From the NCBI GenBank assembly GCA_963761385.1, contig CAVXGY010000001.1, positions 25,813-89,812 on the forward strand: a stretch of 64,000 nucleotides of DNA, written 5' to 3'. Numbering within the stretch: position 1 is the first letter of the stretch; each line of letters opens with the position of its first letter. The notes below the pieces were generated by a model. The model was not told the DNA's origin and searched no databases. It was given only the letters and a program-made list of their open reading frames with translations. Below, one piece after another: positions 37,417 to 48,065 of this stretch. A program made the translations under genes and the position numbers. The DNA comes from Terriglobia bacterium (GTDB taxonomy: Bacteria > Acidobacteriota > Terriglobia > Terriglobales > Acidobacteriaceae).

Positions 37417-40400
37417 TCAAAAACCCAAGTGCAGGCCGAATTGGATCTGCCGTGGCGGGAGCACGTTGGACGTAACCTGTCCGGCCCCCGCAACACCGAT
37501 CGTAGTGTTGGGCGGCCCGTAGTTTTGAATGTTGAAAACGTTAAAGAATTCCGCCCGGAAGGAAACGAGAAATCTCTCACCAATGGGGAAATTCTTGAAT
37601 ACCGAGAAATCCGCGTTATACACGGACGCCGACCGCAGGACGTTTCGTCCAAAGTCGCCGTAGGAGTTTACTGGTACCGCGAACGCATTCGGGTCGAACC
37701 ACTCGTTTAGGGTCGGGTGTGCCGGGTGTGGATCTCCTACGATATTCGGCCTGGCGTAGTTCCAAAATGAGAGAGTGTTGCCGATATTGGCTACGTCGCC
37801 TACTACCGACAGGTTGTAAGGCTGGCCGGAACGTAGTTGCACAATGCCGTTCACTTGCCAGTTGCCCAGAACCTGACTCGCGACTCCCTGGCTGAGATAT
37901 CGTTTGCCCCTCCCGAAAGGAAGGTCCCAAACCCCGCTGATCGAAAGAAAGTGTGGAATATCATACGCAGAAACGCTTCGGTCTCTTTCCGGGTGGTAGG
38001 GGTCTTGCAGCCCCGATGAGCCGCCGGGACCGTTCTCGACGTCGAACCAGCCGCTGCTGCCCATGTCAATGGATTTCGACCAGGTGTAGGAAACCAGGTA
38101 TTGAAAACCATCGGCAAAGTGGTGTTCTAGTTTCGCCTGCAAGGCATTATAGTTGCCATTTCCGCGGGACGTGCCAAAGAACGGTGTGACCGTGTACCAG
38201 GGGAAGGGCTTTGTTCCGCCAGGGGTCGTTGCGGTGTTGAACAGGGTCGTGAGATCGAGGCGGTCGTTCTTGCTCCCAACGTACCCGACCGAGAGTGCCA
38301 GGTTCTTGCTCATCTCCCGCTGGATTTCCACATTCCACTGTTGTGACCTCGCGTCTTTGTGGTGCGGGTCCATGAACCAGCTCGTTTGATTCCAGGGCGA
38401 AGGATCGGGCAAGCGAGTACCCACCGCACTGAAGGTTTGCTCGACAGTTGTAAGGGGCTGCCCCAATTGATTGACGGGCGCATTGGTGAATCCGGAACCA
38501 GTTGCGGGCCAAAAATTCGAAAAGCCTTTCCAATCCTGCTCAATGCCCGTGAGCGGGTCGTAGACTATGCCGTAGCCTCCCCGAACCACCATCTTGGGAG
38601 ATACCTCCCAGGCTACGCCCAGGCGTGGGCCCCAATCGTCCCATTCAGGAGCGGGTCCCCAGGAGCGCCCGTAGGGCGAAAGCTGAATCTTGTCGCCGTC
38701 AGGGATGCTTGCTAGTGTGCCGTCGCCGGGGATACAAGGTGATACCCCGGTCTGGCTGCAGGGCGGCGGCAGTTTGTCCGCACCGATCCACCAATGACCA
38801 TCTGAATTCGGGCCGGCGTTGAGGGTCCCGGATGACGGGTCAAATGGACGCCGATGATCGAATCGCAGCCCATACGTCACTGTCAGACCTCTGCGTACCT
38901 TCCATTGATCCTGGAAATAGGACGCCCAGGTGGAAACGCGGTTATGGATGGATAGTGTGGCTGTGTTATTCAGCTGTGAAGGAAGTCCGAGCAACGCTGA
39001 TGCCAGGGATGAGCCCGTTGTACCGACCTGCTTTGGGTCACCCGTAGTAGCGTCAGCGAAATTGTACCCGCCATAGGGAGGGCTATCGCTGTCATTTCCC
39101 TGCTTGATGTATTGAAAGCCGAATTTGAACTGGTGCCCTCCATGGGTCCAAGTCAAACCGTGAGAGAAGCTGGTAACCGGGCTTTCGATGGTGTTTGCAT
39201 TCGAAATCCCAGGGTTTGCAGCAAGTGCGCCGCCCCCAAAGGGGGCGCTGAGAACGATTCTGGTTCCACCCGGACTGGCAAATCCCAGCGCCAGCATCGG
39301 TGCGATACCACTCGCATCGCTCTGCTCGCGCAAAAAGGGCCGCTGCGCGCGGCCAATACGGTTGTCCAGCAACAGCGAAGAACTAAATACGTGGGTCCAA
39401 CCCACCCCAATATTGAGGGCTGGCACAGAGTTAGCAAGAGTTCCCGAAAGGTCAAAAGGCACGACGTCAGCCACGTTGACCCGGTCATAGCGGAAGAATA
39501 CGTTGTCCCTGCTGCCAAACTGCTCGTCAATGCGGAAGTTATAGTGATCGGAATTATTTACATGCGGATCCGTCACGATGGCATTGAGCACCCCACCGCC
39601 GGCAAGGTTGGGTCGCGCATAGTAGGTTTGGATGAACTTCAGCATGGTCTGATTAATTCGGTCCGTTGGAATTATGTTTCCGGGAAACGGGTCCCGAATG
39701 AACTGACCAGGATTGGCGGGATCAGGCCTCGTCGTGGCCGGGTCAAATATTGGATTCGTCAGGGCTGAGTTGGAAAAGTCACCGGCGAGTTCCGCGTCGG
39801 TGGGCACTGTGTACTTGATTTGAGCCGCCTGACTGAACCGCCAGCCCTCGTATGCAAACGTGAAGAACGTGCGGTTTCGTCCGTTATACAGCTTGGGAAG
39901 CAAAACTGGTCCGCTCACCGTTGCGCCAAACTGGTTCTGCCGAAAAGCGGCCGGCGGGGCGGGCGAACCGTCGGGATTGACATCCTTGAAGTGGTCGCGC
40001 GTGTCAAAAATATTATTGCGCAGGAATTCCCATCCACTGGCATGAAGCTGATTGGTCCCGCTGCGAGTTACCACGTTGACGACCCCGCCCAGCACACTGC
40101 CATACTCTGCCTGATCGTTGTGCGATTGCACTTTGAACTCTTGCATAGCGTCAATGATCGGCGGCATGATATATGCGCTGGTAGTCAGTTCCGTGTTAAT
40201 CACACCATCCAATAAATATAAGTTGGACCGGTTGAACTGACCTTGGATTGCCGGTTGGGCGATACTTGCGGTAGGCACGGCGAGATTGGCGAGATCATTG
40301 ACTCCGACGCCCGAACTCTGTGACGTGCTGATGGGCGTGGCCCCGGGCGTCAAGGTCAGCAGTTGACTAAAGTTGCGTCCGCTCAGCGGCAATTCGTGGA

Positions 40401-40863
40401 TGGCCTTCTGGGCGATCACCGTGCCAAGGTTCGAGCTGGTGGTCTGGATCAGGTCCGCGCCTGATTCAGCGGTTACCGTAACTGACTCCGCTGTGGATCC
40501 GACCTGCAATGTGAAATTGCGGGAAAGATTTTCCTGCACGTTGAGCGTCATACCCGTAACTGATACTGTTCGAAACCCCGTCTTGTTTACGGTCATGAGG
40601 TAATTGCCTGGGTTCAGCGACGGCAAGGCGTACAAGCCCTCCCCATTTGTCCTCACTATCGTGGCGACGCCGGTATCGGTATTCTTGATTTGGACTTCAG
40701 CATCCGGAACTGCGGCATTGCTCTGATCGGTGACACGTCCGGATACCGAGGCTTTCTCAGTCTGTGCGATTGCGCGCTGCGAAGCCAGACCGAAAAGCAA
40801 GATCCCAAGAACGACCGGCAGAACAAAATACCCACGAAAGCGAGGACGAAGTTCATTTCCCAC
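37417..40863 (-). CDS. TonB-dependent receptor-like outer-membrane protein with CarboxypepD_reg N-domain
   Basis: The ORF track gives 37417..41043. GTG 40863 is preceded by AGGAGG-N6 and gives the signal RPRFRGYFVLPVVLGILLFGLASQRAIAQ. It contains VSGRVTDQSNAAVPDAEVQIKNTDTGVATIVRTNGEGLYALPSLNPGNY and ends in ...GLHLGF. Confidence 0.85.
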   Translation of the reverse strand: MGNELRPRFRGYFVLPVVLGILLFGLASQRAIAQTEKASVSGRVTDQSNAAVPDAEVQIKNTDTGVATIVRTNGEGLYALPSLNPGNYLMTVNKTGFRTVSVTGMTLNVQENLSRNFTLQVGSTAESVTVTAESGADLIQTTSSNLGTVIAQKAIHELPLSGRNFSQLLTLTPGATPISTSQSSGVGVNDLANLAVPTASIAQPAIQGQFNRSNLYLLDGVINTELTTSAYIMPPIIDAMQEFKVQSHNDQAEYGSVLGGVVNVVTRSGTNQLHASGWEFLRNNIFDTRDHFKDVNPDGSPAPPAAFRQNQFGATVSGPVLLPKLYNGRNRTFFTFAYEGWRFSQAAQIKYTVPTDAELAGDFSNSALTNPIFDPATTRPDPANPGQFIRDPFPGNIIPTDRINQTMLKFIQTYYARPNLAGGGVLNAIVTDPHVNNSDHYNFRIDEQFGSRDNVFFRYDRVNVADVVPFDLSGTLANSVPALNIGVGWTHVFSSSLLLDNRIGRAQRPFLREQSDASGIAPMLALGFASPGGTRIVLSAPFGGGALAANPGISNANTIESPVTSFSHGLTWTHGGHQFKFGFQYIKQGNDSDSPPYGGYNFADATTGDPKQVGTTGSSLASALLGLPSQLNNTATLSIHNRVSTWASYFQDQWKVRRGLTVTYGLRFDHRRPFDPSSGTLNAGPNSDGHWWIGADKLPPPCSQTGVSPCIPGDGTLASIPDGDKIQLSPYGRSWGPAPEWDDWGPRLGVAWEVSPKMVVRGGYGIVYDPLTGIEQDWKGFSNFWPATGSGFTNAPVNQLGQPLTTVEQTFSAVGTRLPDPSPWNQTSWFMDPHHKDARSQQWNVEIQREMSKNLALSVGYVGSKNDRLDLTTLFNTATTPGGTKPFPWYTVTPFFGTSRGNGNYNALQAKLEHHFADGFQYLVSYTWSKSIDMGSSGWFDVENGPGGSSGLQDPYHPERDRSVSAYDIPHFLSISGVWDLPFGRGKRYLSQGVASQVLGNWQVNGIVQLRSGQPYNLSVVGDVANIGNTLSFWNYARPNIVGDPHPAHPTLNEWFDPNAFAVPVNSYGDFGRNVLRSASVYNADFSVFKNFPIGERFLVSFRAEFFNVFNIQNYGPPNTTIGVAGAGQVTSNVLPPRQIQFGLHLGF

Positions 40864-41008
40864 GGCATTCCTCCTGTTTGCCAAGTATTCCTGCCGGGTC
40901 CGCAATTTGTCCCAATCGATCAAGATCAATTCAGAAAAGAACCGATTTCTTTCGCAGGAGTGCGATAGGCGGAAACACATCAGCATCTCGACGCGGGAAT
41001 GAACTGCT

Positions 41009-42292
41009 TTAGGGGTGGTTCGGCTGCCCGCGCAGGTAGGCATACATCAGACTCGAACCCTCCGGATGCAAAGAATCGCCGTCCGGACGGCCGAAGGTGA
41101 CGAAGACGGAATCAATCTCCCGCAGAATCTTGGCGTCGTCGCATTTAAAAACCCAACGCCGCTGGGCTTTGTCATCTGAATAGAAAATGCCCAGCCTCTG
41201 GGCTTGCCGGTTCGGTCCTTCCTTTTTTGCCCAGACCTGGTACTGATAGTTGGCCTTTTGCATCTTTGCTTCGTTCAAGTCGTACGCGTAGAAGATGAGT
41301 GACTTGCCCTCAGTGAAAAATATCCTGCCAAAAGCAGGCCGTGCCTTCCCTCGGCCATCCGTATCTACCACATCCACGATGTGAAGATTTCGCGCACCCA
41401 TCAGGTCCGTAACGTCATGCCCCAGGCTGAGCAGTTGGCGTTCCTGATCCAAAGCGGCCGACTTTTCCTTCAGCCCGGATTCAAGATCATGGAGCTTAAC
41501 CTGTTCGGCAATCAGGGTAGCCTCCATCTCTACTGCACGCTGGTGTTGCGACATCGCTTCCTGCTCTTTATTCGCGACCAGAGCCTGGGAATTGGCCAAT
41601 TCGCCCTGAGTCTGTTCAAGTCGCAGCTCCAATGCGTCGCGGTTCGATGCCAGCGATCGGCGATCCTGGGATGTTGATTTCAAATCCATCTCACTCGCAA
41701 CCAGTCGATCATTGGCTTTGCCCAGTTCACCCCTTATGCGTTCCACCTCGGCTTGGAGCGTCAGATTGGCCTTTGCCAGCTCAGCGATATGCAGATCGGC
41801 GGCTCTCGCCTGAGCCGGTGTCCGCAGAATCGCAAGTTGTGACTCTGAACGACTGGGGGTGTGATTCAACGAATTCCTGCCGTAAAAATAACCAGTCAAC
41901 GCGAATGCGACGAAGAGTACGGTGGCCGCGACTGCGGCGGCAGGCATCCGCCACGCAACGGTTCGCGAAAAGGCGAACGGAATCGCCGCAGGCAGCTTAA
42001 CAGTTTCTTCCACATCGCGGGAGAACGTGATGCCTTCCCGTTCGGCACGATCAAGGAAGCGGCGAATGAAGAGTTCCGAGTCGATGCATTCCTCAATGGC
42101 TTTCGGCGAGATTGTCGGGTCTTGCTTTGCGGTTGCGAATTGTTGAGCCGCAACGTTCAAGTAGTTGAAATAGGCCTGCTTACAGTGTTCACATTCCGAA
42201 GCGTGGTGCTCTAATTCGGCGAGCTCCTCGCCTGTGGCTTGCCCAACGCTGGCGGCAGCGCAGATTTCCTCGAAATGTTCGTGCCTTAACAT
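41009..42292 (-). CDS. anti-sigma factor (zf-HC2 N-domain, TM, coiled coil, RskA-like C-domain)
   Basis: LEHHASECEHCKQAY; TM segment AAAVAATVLFVAFALTGYFYG; a long heptad region; C-terminal YQVWAKKEGPNRQAQRLGIF...VFVTFGRPDG. Confidence 0.75.
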   Translation of the reverse strand: MLRHEHFEEICAAASVGQATGEELAELEHHASECEHCKQAYFNYLNVAAQQFATAKQDPTISPKAIEECIDSELFIRRFLDRAEREGITFSRDVEETVKLPAAIPFAFSRTVAWRMPAAAVAATVLFVAFALTGYFYGRNSLNHTPSRSESQLAILRTPAQARAADLHIAELAKANLTLQAEVERIRGELGKANDRLVASEMDLKSTSQDRRSLASNRDALELRLEQTQGELANSQALVANKEQEAMSQHQRAVEMEATLIAEQVKLHDLESGLKEKSAALDQERQLLSLGHDVTDLMGARNLHIVDVVDTDGRGKARPAFGRIFFTEGKSLIFYAYDLNEAKMQKANYQYQVWAKKEGPNRQAQRLGIFYSDDKAQRRWVFKCDDAKILREIDSVFVTFGRPDGDSLHPEGSSLMYAYLRGQPNHP

Positions 42293-42304
42293 GTCGTGCC
42301 TTCC

Positions 42305-42946
42305 TCAATGAGCAATTGCTGGTCTCGCCCCTTCCGCCTGCGAGCCGTCTTCCAGGTAAGATCGAAGTCGCTCGAGGCCCCTGTAATAATGGTGACGCAC
42401 GTTCGAGAACTTCTCATTTCTTCGCCGCGCAATTTCCTTGAAATCCAAACCTTCGAAAAAGAACATCTCAATCGTCTGCCTCTGCGCGTCTGGGAGAGAC
42501 GCGAGTGCTTCGGTGGCAAGCCGGCTCGTCTCCTGCAATTGGAGCCGGCACGGAGACCAAAGGCTTGTCGCTTCATCAACGGCACTTACATCAGCCTTGT
42601 TGTACACCTGCCGGACCAGCAGATAGTTCCGCTGATTGGCGCTGCGGCTATACGCGTATTGGAGAAGCCACACTTTAAGAGTCCCTCTCGCAGGGTCGAA
42701 TTGTCCCGCCTTTCGATAAATCTCCAGGAAAACGGACTGCGTGAGATCCTCCGCTTCCGCGGCATCTCGTAAAATGTGCAAAGCGGTCACGTGAACCAGG
42801 CGGTGATAACGCTTAAAAATCACTGCGAACGCATCGGTATTACCGGCTTGAAGGTGCCGCATTACGCGCTCATCATCGAGCATAAGGAGTTCCGCATACG
42901 ACGCACGGTCGTCGCAATCGCCGGAACTAGTTTTAGGAAGAAACAT
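42305..42946 (-). CDS. ECF (sigma-70 family) RNA polymerase sigma factor
   Basis: The ORF track gives 42305..43114, and ATG 42946 is the likely start. Region 2 is FKRYHRLVHVTALHILRDAAEAEDLTQSVFLEIY. Region 4 is LPDAQRQTIEMFFFEGLDFKEIA. Confidence 0.9.
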   Translation of the reverse strand: MFLPKTSSGDCDDRASYAELLMLDDERVMRHLQAGNTDAFAVIFKRYHRLVHVTALHILRDAAEAEDLTQSVFLEIYRKAGQFDPARGTLKVWLLQYAYSRSANQRNYLLVRQVYNKADVSAVDEATSLWSPCRLQLQETSRLATEALASLPDAQRQTIEMFFFEGLDFKEIARRRNEKFSNVRHHYYRGLERLRSYLEDGSQAEGARPAIAH

Positions 42947-43129
42947 GTCAACGTGGCCGCTCGTATATACCACATGAACGGACGAGAGATCACGCAGGAA
43001 AATTATTTTCTTGAGTGGGACAGGATGCCTTTTCAGGCGGTATACAACAGATGGGAATGCGGACGACGGCTTGCCGATTTGGCATTCCAAACGGCCTCGA
43101 GGAAGTGACCGCAACCCCGTCTACAAACA

Positions 43130-44341
43130 ATGCGGCCAATAGTTAAAGTTTGGATGATGGTGGTGGGGCTAGGTGGCGCTCTGGCTTGTTCCGAGCTACT
43201 GGCGCAAGGACAGCCGAGTCTGGAGAGGGCCAGAGATCTCGTCTCCACAGGCTCATTCGACAAGGCAGAGGCGATGCTACGGCAAACTATCGTAGCTGAT
43301 CCGACCAGTATTGACGCACGAGTATTGCTCGGCAAAACGCTGGCTCTGCAGGGGGTCCGGGGCGAAGCGATTGAGCAGCTGGCCGAGGCAGTGCGACTGA
43401 ATCCAGGCTCGGCGAACGCACACAATGAATTCGGCATGGTTTTGAGCCGCTTTGTCGAAGTGAGGGCAGCACGTCAGGAGTTTGAGAGAGCTCTCGAACT
43501 CGACCCAGGTCTGGCGGAGGCTCATGTCAATCTGTCACTGGTTCTCGCACAGGCTGGCGAGTTGGCCGCAGCCGGTGACCATCTCGATCGCACCATTGAA
43601 CTGCAAGGCAACCACCCAAAGGCCGCCTACGCGCATTACCTTAGAGCAAAAATCTGGGCCGCACAGGATCAAACGGACAAGGCGATGGTTGAATTTCAGA
43701 CGGCTGTTCACTTGCGGCCCAGCTATGCAGAGGCCTGGTCGGATCTAGGCGGAATGAGACGTCTGGCTCTCGACAATGCAGGAGCGATGAGAGCGTTACA
43801 GAGGGCGGTTACCCTGAAACCGGACGACGTATTGGCCCAGTATCGTCTGGGTCAGTTGTACCTGCACGACGGACAGGCACTGAAGGCTGTCGAGCATCTG
43901 AAGCAGGCTCTGTTCTATGGTCCCAACGATCGTGCCACGCTCTACAACCTATTGCTTGCCCTGCGAAAGACGGGGCGGTTGGAGGAAGCAAAACCCATCG
44001 AGAAAAGGATGGCTGAGCTGCAACATCAAAGCGACCGGGCCTCCGAAGTGGGATTTGCCGCGTCTGATCTGAACAGCGAAGGAATACAACTTGAAAGATC
44101 AGGGGACGTCCGTTCTGCTCTGGCCAAGTATCGGGCGGCTCTCGATCTGGACCCCACTGGGTTCGGCTTCCGTTTGAACTACGCTCTCGCTCTATGCCGG
44201 CTTGGCCGGTGGCAGGATGGAATTGTGGAACTACGCGAAGTGCTCCGACTCGACCCCGACAATGCAGATGCGGCTAAGGCCCTGTATATCGCAGTTGACA
44301 GGGCGAAGCCACAGTCTGGAAATGTTCGCAAGCGTCCTTGA
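43130..44341 (+). CDS. secreted TPR repeat protein
   Basis: 403 aa with signal MMVVGLGGALACSELLAQG and consecutive TPR units (e.g. AEAHVNLSLVLAQAGELAAAGDHLDRTIELQGNH). Confidence 0.9.
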   Translation: MRPIVKVWMMVVGLGGALACSELLAQGQPSLERARDLVSTGSFDKAEAMLRQTIVADPTSIDARVLLGKTLALQGVRGEAIEQLAEAVRLNPGSANAHNEFGMVLSRFVEVRAARQEFERALELDPGLAEAHVNLSLVLAQAGELAAAGDHLDRTIELQGNHPKAAYAHYLRAKIWAAQDQTDKAMVEFQTAVHLRPSYAEAWSDLGGMRRLALDNAGAMRALQRAVTLKPDDVLAQYRLGQLYLHDGQALKAVEHLKQALFYGPNDRATLYNLLLALRKTGRLEEAKPIEKRMAELQHQSDRASEVGFAASDLNSEGIQLERSGDVRSALAKYRAALDLDPTGFGFRLNYALALCRLGRWQDGIVELREVLRLDPDNADAAKALYIAVDRAKPQSGNVRKRP

Positions 44342-44391
44342 ATTCCTCGGCTACAACTTACCTCGTCTCGAGGAGCCGCATTTAGCGGAAG

Positions 44392-47300
44392 TCACTCTTG
44401 GGATATCAAGAAATACCCACCATCAAAAGCGGGCAGTTCGAAATTGGGGACGGATTTATAGGACTCTCCGGCGGCGTCACTGTGACGGATCGACACCCGC
44501 TCGCCGTCCTTCCATCGGAGTCTCGCCATTTGGTCCTCTGCTGTTGGGTTATAGACATGCACCAGCCAACTGTTCGCAACTGCCGCCGGCTTAATGGAGG
44601 AGACAAGAAGTTTCGTTGACGAGATCTCCATCAGTGGAAGATGCAGCGACCGGGGTGAGTCCGACACGCTAATGATTAGTGGCTGTCTTTTCTCCACGCC
44701 GAATTTCGCGGCTTCCGCTGCATCGAACGCAGCATGCGGCTGAATCGAATAGGCAAACGTGACAGGTCCTTCCTGATCTGCTTTGTAATTTGTATGCCAG
44801 TAATTGTTCATGACATAGGAGTAGATCGAGGATGACGTTTTGATCGACTTTATCCAAGGCTGCTCGGCCGTGATCTCGCCGATTTCCACCAGCGGAGCGT
44901 TCGCTGTTGCCCACGTCACACCGTATTCCCGGTTCGAGATGTCCACCCAGCTTTCCACCGAGAAAAAGTTCTTACAAGCGCCGGCCAACTGATCGGCCTC
45001 GGGACGAACCACTCCATCGGCCACGTCGTAGCGCAACTGCCCTTCCGGTACGGAGAACGGAAAGGCGATATGCACTCCTTCTTTTTGGCGTACGGCGAGT
45101 TTGTCAATATTCGTGATCACATCTACGCGATTGATTCCTTCGACGAGGCGGATCTCGCTGGAATAGTGCTTCGCGCCGGGCGCATCGCCCTCCACCAGAA
45201 GGGAGACCAGCAGCTCTCCCTGTTCCTTTGCGCGCACATGCACGTTCGAGAGCTTCTGTGCTTTTCGCGAATCGGTGCCAGGTACATAAACATACTCATC
45301 CAGGCCGCCGCGCGCTGCATCCACCAACTCCATTCCATTCTTCTTCCACTTCAGACTGGCGACTGCGCCCGTTTGAGGGTTGATCGAGAGTGAAAGAAAA
45401 TCATTCTCGAGTACATTCCCCGCGGTCTTTGCGGAATCACGGCTCCCGGCTCTCCCAGGGGTTACTACAAGTTCTTCGGGCGAAAATGGAGGAATGTCAT
45501 CGACCAACACTGCAAGTTCTCCGGTGGACAGGCGTTGCGATCGCAATGGCTTGCCGCCGGGTCCGATCACCCGCTCTCCGGCCGAACTCTGCTCCGGCGA
45601 GAGAAAAACTACATCAGTCCGCGTCCAGGAGTTTGTGTTGTAGACCTGGATTGCGTTGTGTGACAATTCCTTTTTCGAGGGAGCGTGCAGCACTTTTTCC
45701 AGTTGCTCGCGCGATTGCCTGTCTGCATTCAACGCAAACTGACGCTTCGTCTCCCACTGTTGTTTCACAAAAGGTAAGTCCGGCTCTTCCGTGCTGTTGT
45801 GCGCCCCCCACGTGTGCTCGTCGAAAAAGGCCACATTTCGCCATGCGGCTTCGTATTCCGAAGCCGGATATGCGGCTGGGGCCAGCATCGACCACAATGT
45901 CTCTCCCTGAATCAGACGATCGGCTGTGGCACGGTTGAGCGCCGCCTCGTACGCTGAAGAGACCGCGCCGTCCTCCCAATAAGGAGTAAAGTCACCTTGC
46001 ACGACAGGGAGAGTCGCGCCGTAGCGCCTCTCGAATTCCCGGAACATCTGCTCATGCGTCGCGATGATCAGCCGCGGCGTCACATATCTCTCATTCCAAT
46101 GCCGAACAAAATCGGCCAGGGTTGGATCCGGCCCGCCATTGTCCCCGAGCGTATAAGGAAGCTGCACCATATCGAACGGATACGATGAGTCATCCAGCTT
46201 TCGCATCAGGCCCATGATCTTTTCGTCCCCGAGTTGGCTGAGTGAACCTTCATGAAAACTGGAATAGCTTGCACCCGCCATCCAGGTCAGTACTTTTTCC
46301 TTGCCCGATTGCGACGCCCAGTAGAACGGCTTGTCGCCCCACGCCTGTAAGGTATATCCGATGCGATCGCCCGCGTTCGGCGCTGTGGCGAAATACTTCA
46401 CGCCGCTCTGTGCCATGGCTGAAACAATCCCCCAGCTGAAACCGGGAACATCCGAAGTCACTGCTGTCGTCATTGGGATACGGAACTCGCGTCGCAGGTG
46501 TCGCGCGAAGTCGAAAAAATGTGGCATCTCCTCCGCATTGGCGAGGCCGGTGAGCATGTTGGCGTAAAGCGCACTGAGCCCGATGCTTCCCTGTCGTATG
46601 TCGGCGAAAACTTCTTCCCGTTGCGCGGAAGACGCCTGCTTGAGATAACTCTCCAGCGCCCAGATCGTTTCCATGTTCCACTTGTACCTGGCATCCTGCG
46701 GGTAATCCGCTGTCTGGTGGATGAGCTGCATCGCCCGCTCCAGGTTCTTCCACTGTTTCCGTTCGACGTCGGCCTGCAGATCTGTGTATCCGATGTCGTT
46801 GTGCGAATAGCACAGGAGATAGATCGTCTTTGTCTTGACGGGTGCGACCTGAATTTTGTCGGTCTGCACAAGCTGCCCGTTCAGCCTGAATCGGATCGCG
46901 ACAATTTCCTTAAACTTTGCTTCGGGAACGGCGATCTGAAAGACATTCGCTCCGATCTTTAGCGGCGTATCGGCAATTTCCTGCGTAGGCGTGCGCAGGC
47001 TGAGAGTTCTGCCTGCAGTCAGATTGTCCACGCTCAGCCGCAGCGATTGCATCTCGCGACCGGTATCTCTTACCAGAGCGGGATCGGCTCGTACTTTCGG
47101 AGCGAAGTTGAAGGCATGTTGAAAAGTCATATACCAATCAGGGCTTCCCGAGTGGTCTCCTCTCACTTCGAGCAGGAGCGGCTTCCCGGGCGGGAAGTCT
47201 TTTGCGGGAGCTTTCAGGACCATGTACCCGAACAAATCACCCGCCTTGTCCACCATCTCGGCATTGAACGTCAATTCAGAGCCGTTCTTACCTGTAACCT

Positions 47301-47733
47301 TCCACTTCTTTGCCGTGTCATCCTTCGCATTTCTGAAGGTAAACCACCGTTGGCCGTTGATCAGGAAGTCGAAATTGTGGCTCTCCACTTCCTCGGCAAA
47401 GCCCTTACCTTCAATCCCAGCCAGCCAGATGAACTGAATAAAGTTGCTATGCGCATCCGGCATGGGATCGGTTTCCCAGGAGACTGCGGGGGCGACATCC
47501 TGACCTCTTACCAGCAACGCCGAGTCGGCATCCGGGTCCGGTGAGTGATAGTGGATCGTTTCTCCGTTCACAGATGAGTGGTATCCGCTGACGTAACGGT
47601 CAGCCGCGGCGGAAGGCTGCGACAAAGCGTCTTTCACTTCAATGACAATCTCATTGCCAGCTTGCTGGCCAACCGCGCAGTGGAAGTCGGCAAGGGCAAA
47701 ACTGGCCAGCACAACAACTATAGAGAGCTTCAT
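44392..47733 (-). CDS. GH38-like glycoside hydrolase (large, 1113 aa), Sec signal
   Basis: MKLSIVVVLASFALADFHCAVGQ. After a ~300-aa N-terminal beta-rich module comes IYLLCYSHNDIGYTDLQADVERKQW, which resembles a GH38 N-domain start. Confidence 0.6.
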   Translation of the reverse strand: MKLSIVVVLASFALADFHCAVGQQAGNEIVIEVKDALSQPSAAADRYVSGYHSSVNGETIHYHSPDPDADSALLVRGQDVAPAVSWETDPMPDAHSNFIQFIWLAGIEGKGFAEEVESHNFDFLINGQRWFTFRNAKDDTAKKWKVTGKNGSELTFNAEMVDKAGDLFGYMVLKAPAKDFPPGKPLLLEVRGDHSGSPDWYMTFQHAFNFAPKVRADPALVRDTGREMQSLRLSVDNLTAGRTLSLRTPTQEIADTPLKIGANVFQIAVPEAKFKEIVAIRFRLNGQLVQTDKIQVAPVKTKTIYLLCYSHNDIGYTDLQADVERKQWKNLERAMQLIHQTADYPQDARYKWNMETIWALESYLKQASSAQREEVFADIRQGSIGLSALYANMLTGLANAEEMPHFFDFARHLRREFRIPMTTAVTSDVPGFSWGIVSAMAQSGVKYFATAPNAGDRIGYTLQAWGDKPFYWASQSGKEKVLTWMAGASYSSFHEGSLSQLGDEKIMGLMRKLDDSSYPFDMVQLPYTLGDNGGPDPTLADFVRHWNERYVTPRLIIATHEQMFREFERRYGATLPVVQGDFTPYWEDGAVSSAYEAALNRATADRLIQGETLWSMLAPAAYPASEYEAAWRNVAFFDEHTWGAHNSTEEPDLPFVKQQWETKRQFALNADRQSREQLEKVLHAPSKKELSHNAIQVYNTNSWTRTDVVFLSPEQSSAGERVIGPGGKPLRSQRLSTGELAVLVDDIPPFSPEELVVTPGRAGSRDSAKTAGNVLENDFLSLSINPQTGAVASLKWKKNGMELVDAARGGLDEYVYVPGTDSRKAQKLSNVHVRAKEQGELLVSLLVEGDAPGAKHYSSEIRLVEGINRVDVITNIDKLAVRQKEGVHIAFPFSVPEGQLRYDVADGVVRPEADQLAGACKNFFSVESWVDISNREYGVTWATANAPLVEIGEITAEQPWIKSIKTSSSIYSYVMNNYWHTNYKADQEGPVTFAYSIQPHAAFDAAEAAKFGVEKRQPLIISVSDSPRSLHLPLMEISSTKLLVSSIKPAAVANSWLVHVYNPTAEDQMARLRWKDGERVSIRHSDAAGESYKSVPNFELPAFDGGYFLISQE

Positions 47734-48065
47734 TGGAGTCCCTTATTACAGCGATTTGCTGCGAAGCAAGAGCAGGAACGCGCACTGCAATCAGACGCAA
47801 GACATGCCGGTGTTACGAACCGCAGGAATGCATCAAGCCTGTACTCCTCGCGCGTCGAGGGGTACACAGTATCAGCTGCCATTGATGTGCATGACTGACC
47901 TCGAATTACCGAGTCTACCAGTGTCCGTCTGCTCAGAGTGTGGAGGAGCAGGACTCGGTTCATGGAGTTCACGGAAAAGAGTTTGCTCGACGGGTTATTT
48001 CGCACGTGGTCCACTTGACAAACAAGTGAAACCTGGTAATCTCTCTATATTAAGAGACCACTTGG

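Noticed and set aside
40864-41043. N-terminal 60 codons of the ORF-track version of the TonB-dependent receptor (start at 41043).
   Set aside because: This extension overlaps the anti-sigma gene end and is not signal-like. GTG 40863 has an AGGAGG-N6 ribosome-binding site and is followed by a proper signal peptide.
43063-43088. ECF-type promoter candidate upstream of the sigma gene (minus strand GGAAT-N15-CGTC).
   Set aside because: It is a single occurrence with a spacer shorter than the usual 16-17 nt. It would lie inside the longer alternative ORF (start 43114). The support is not sufficient.
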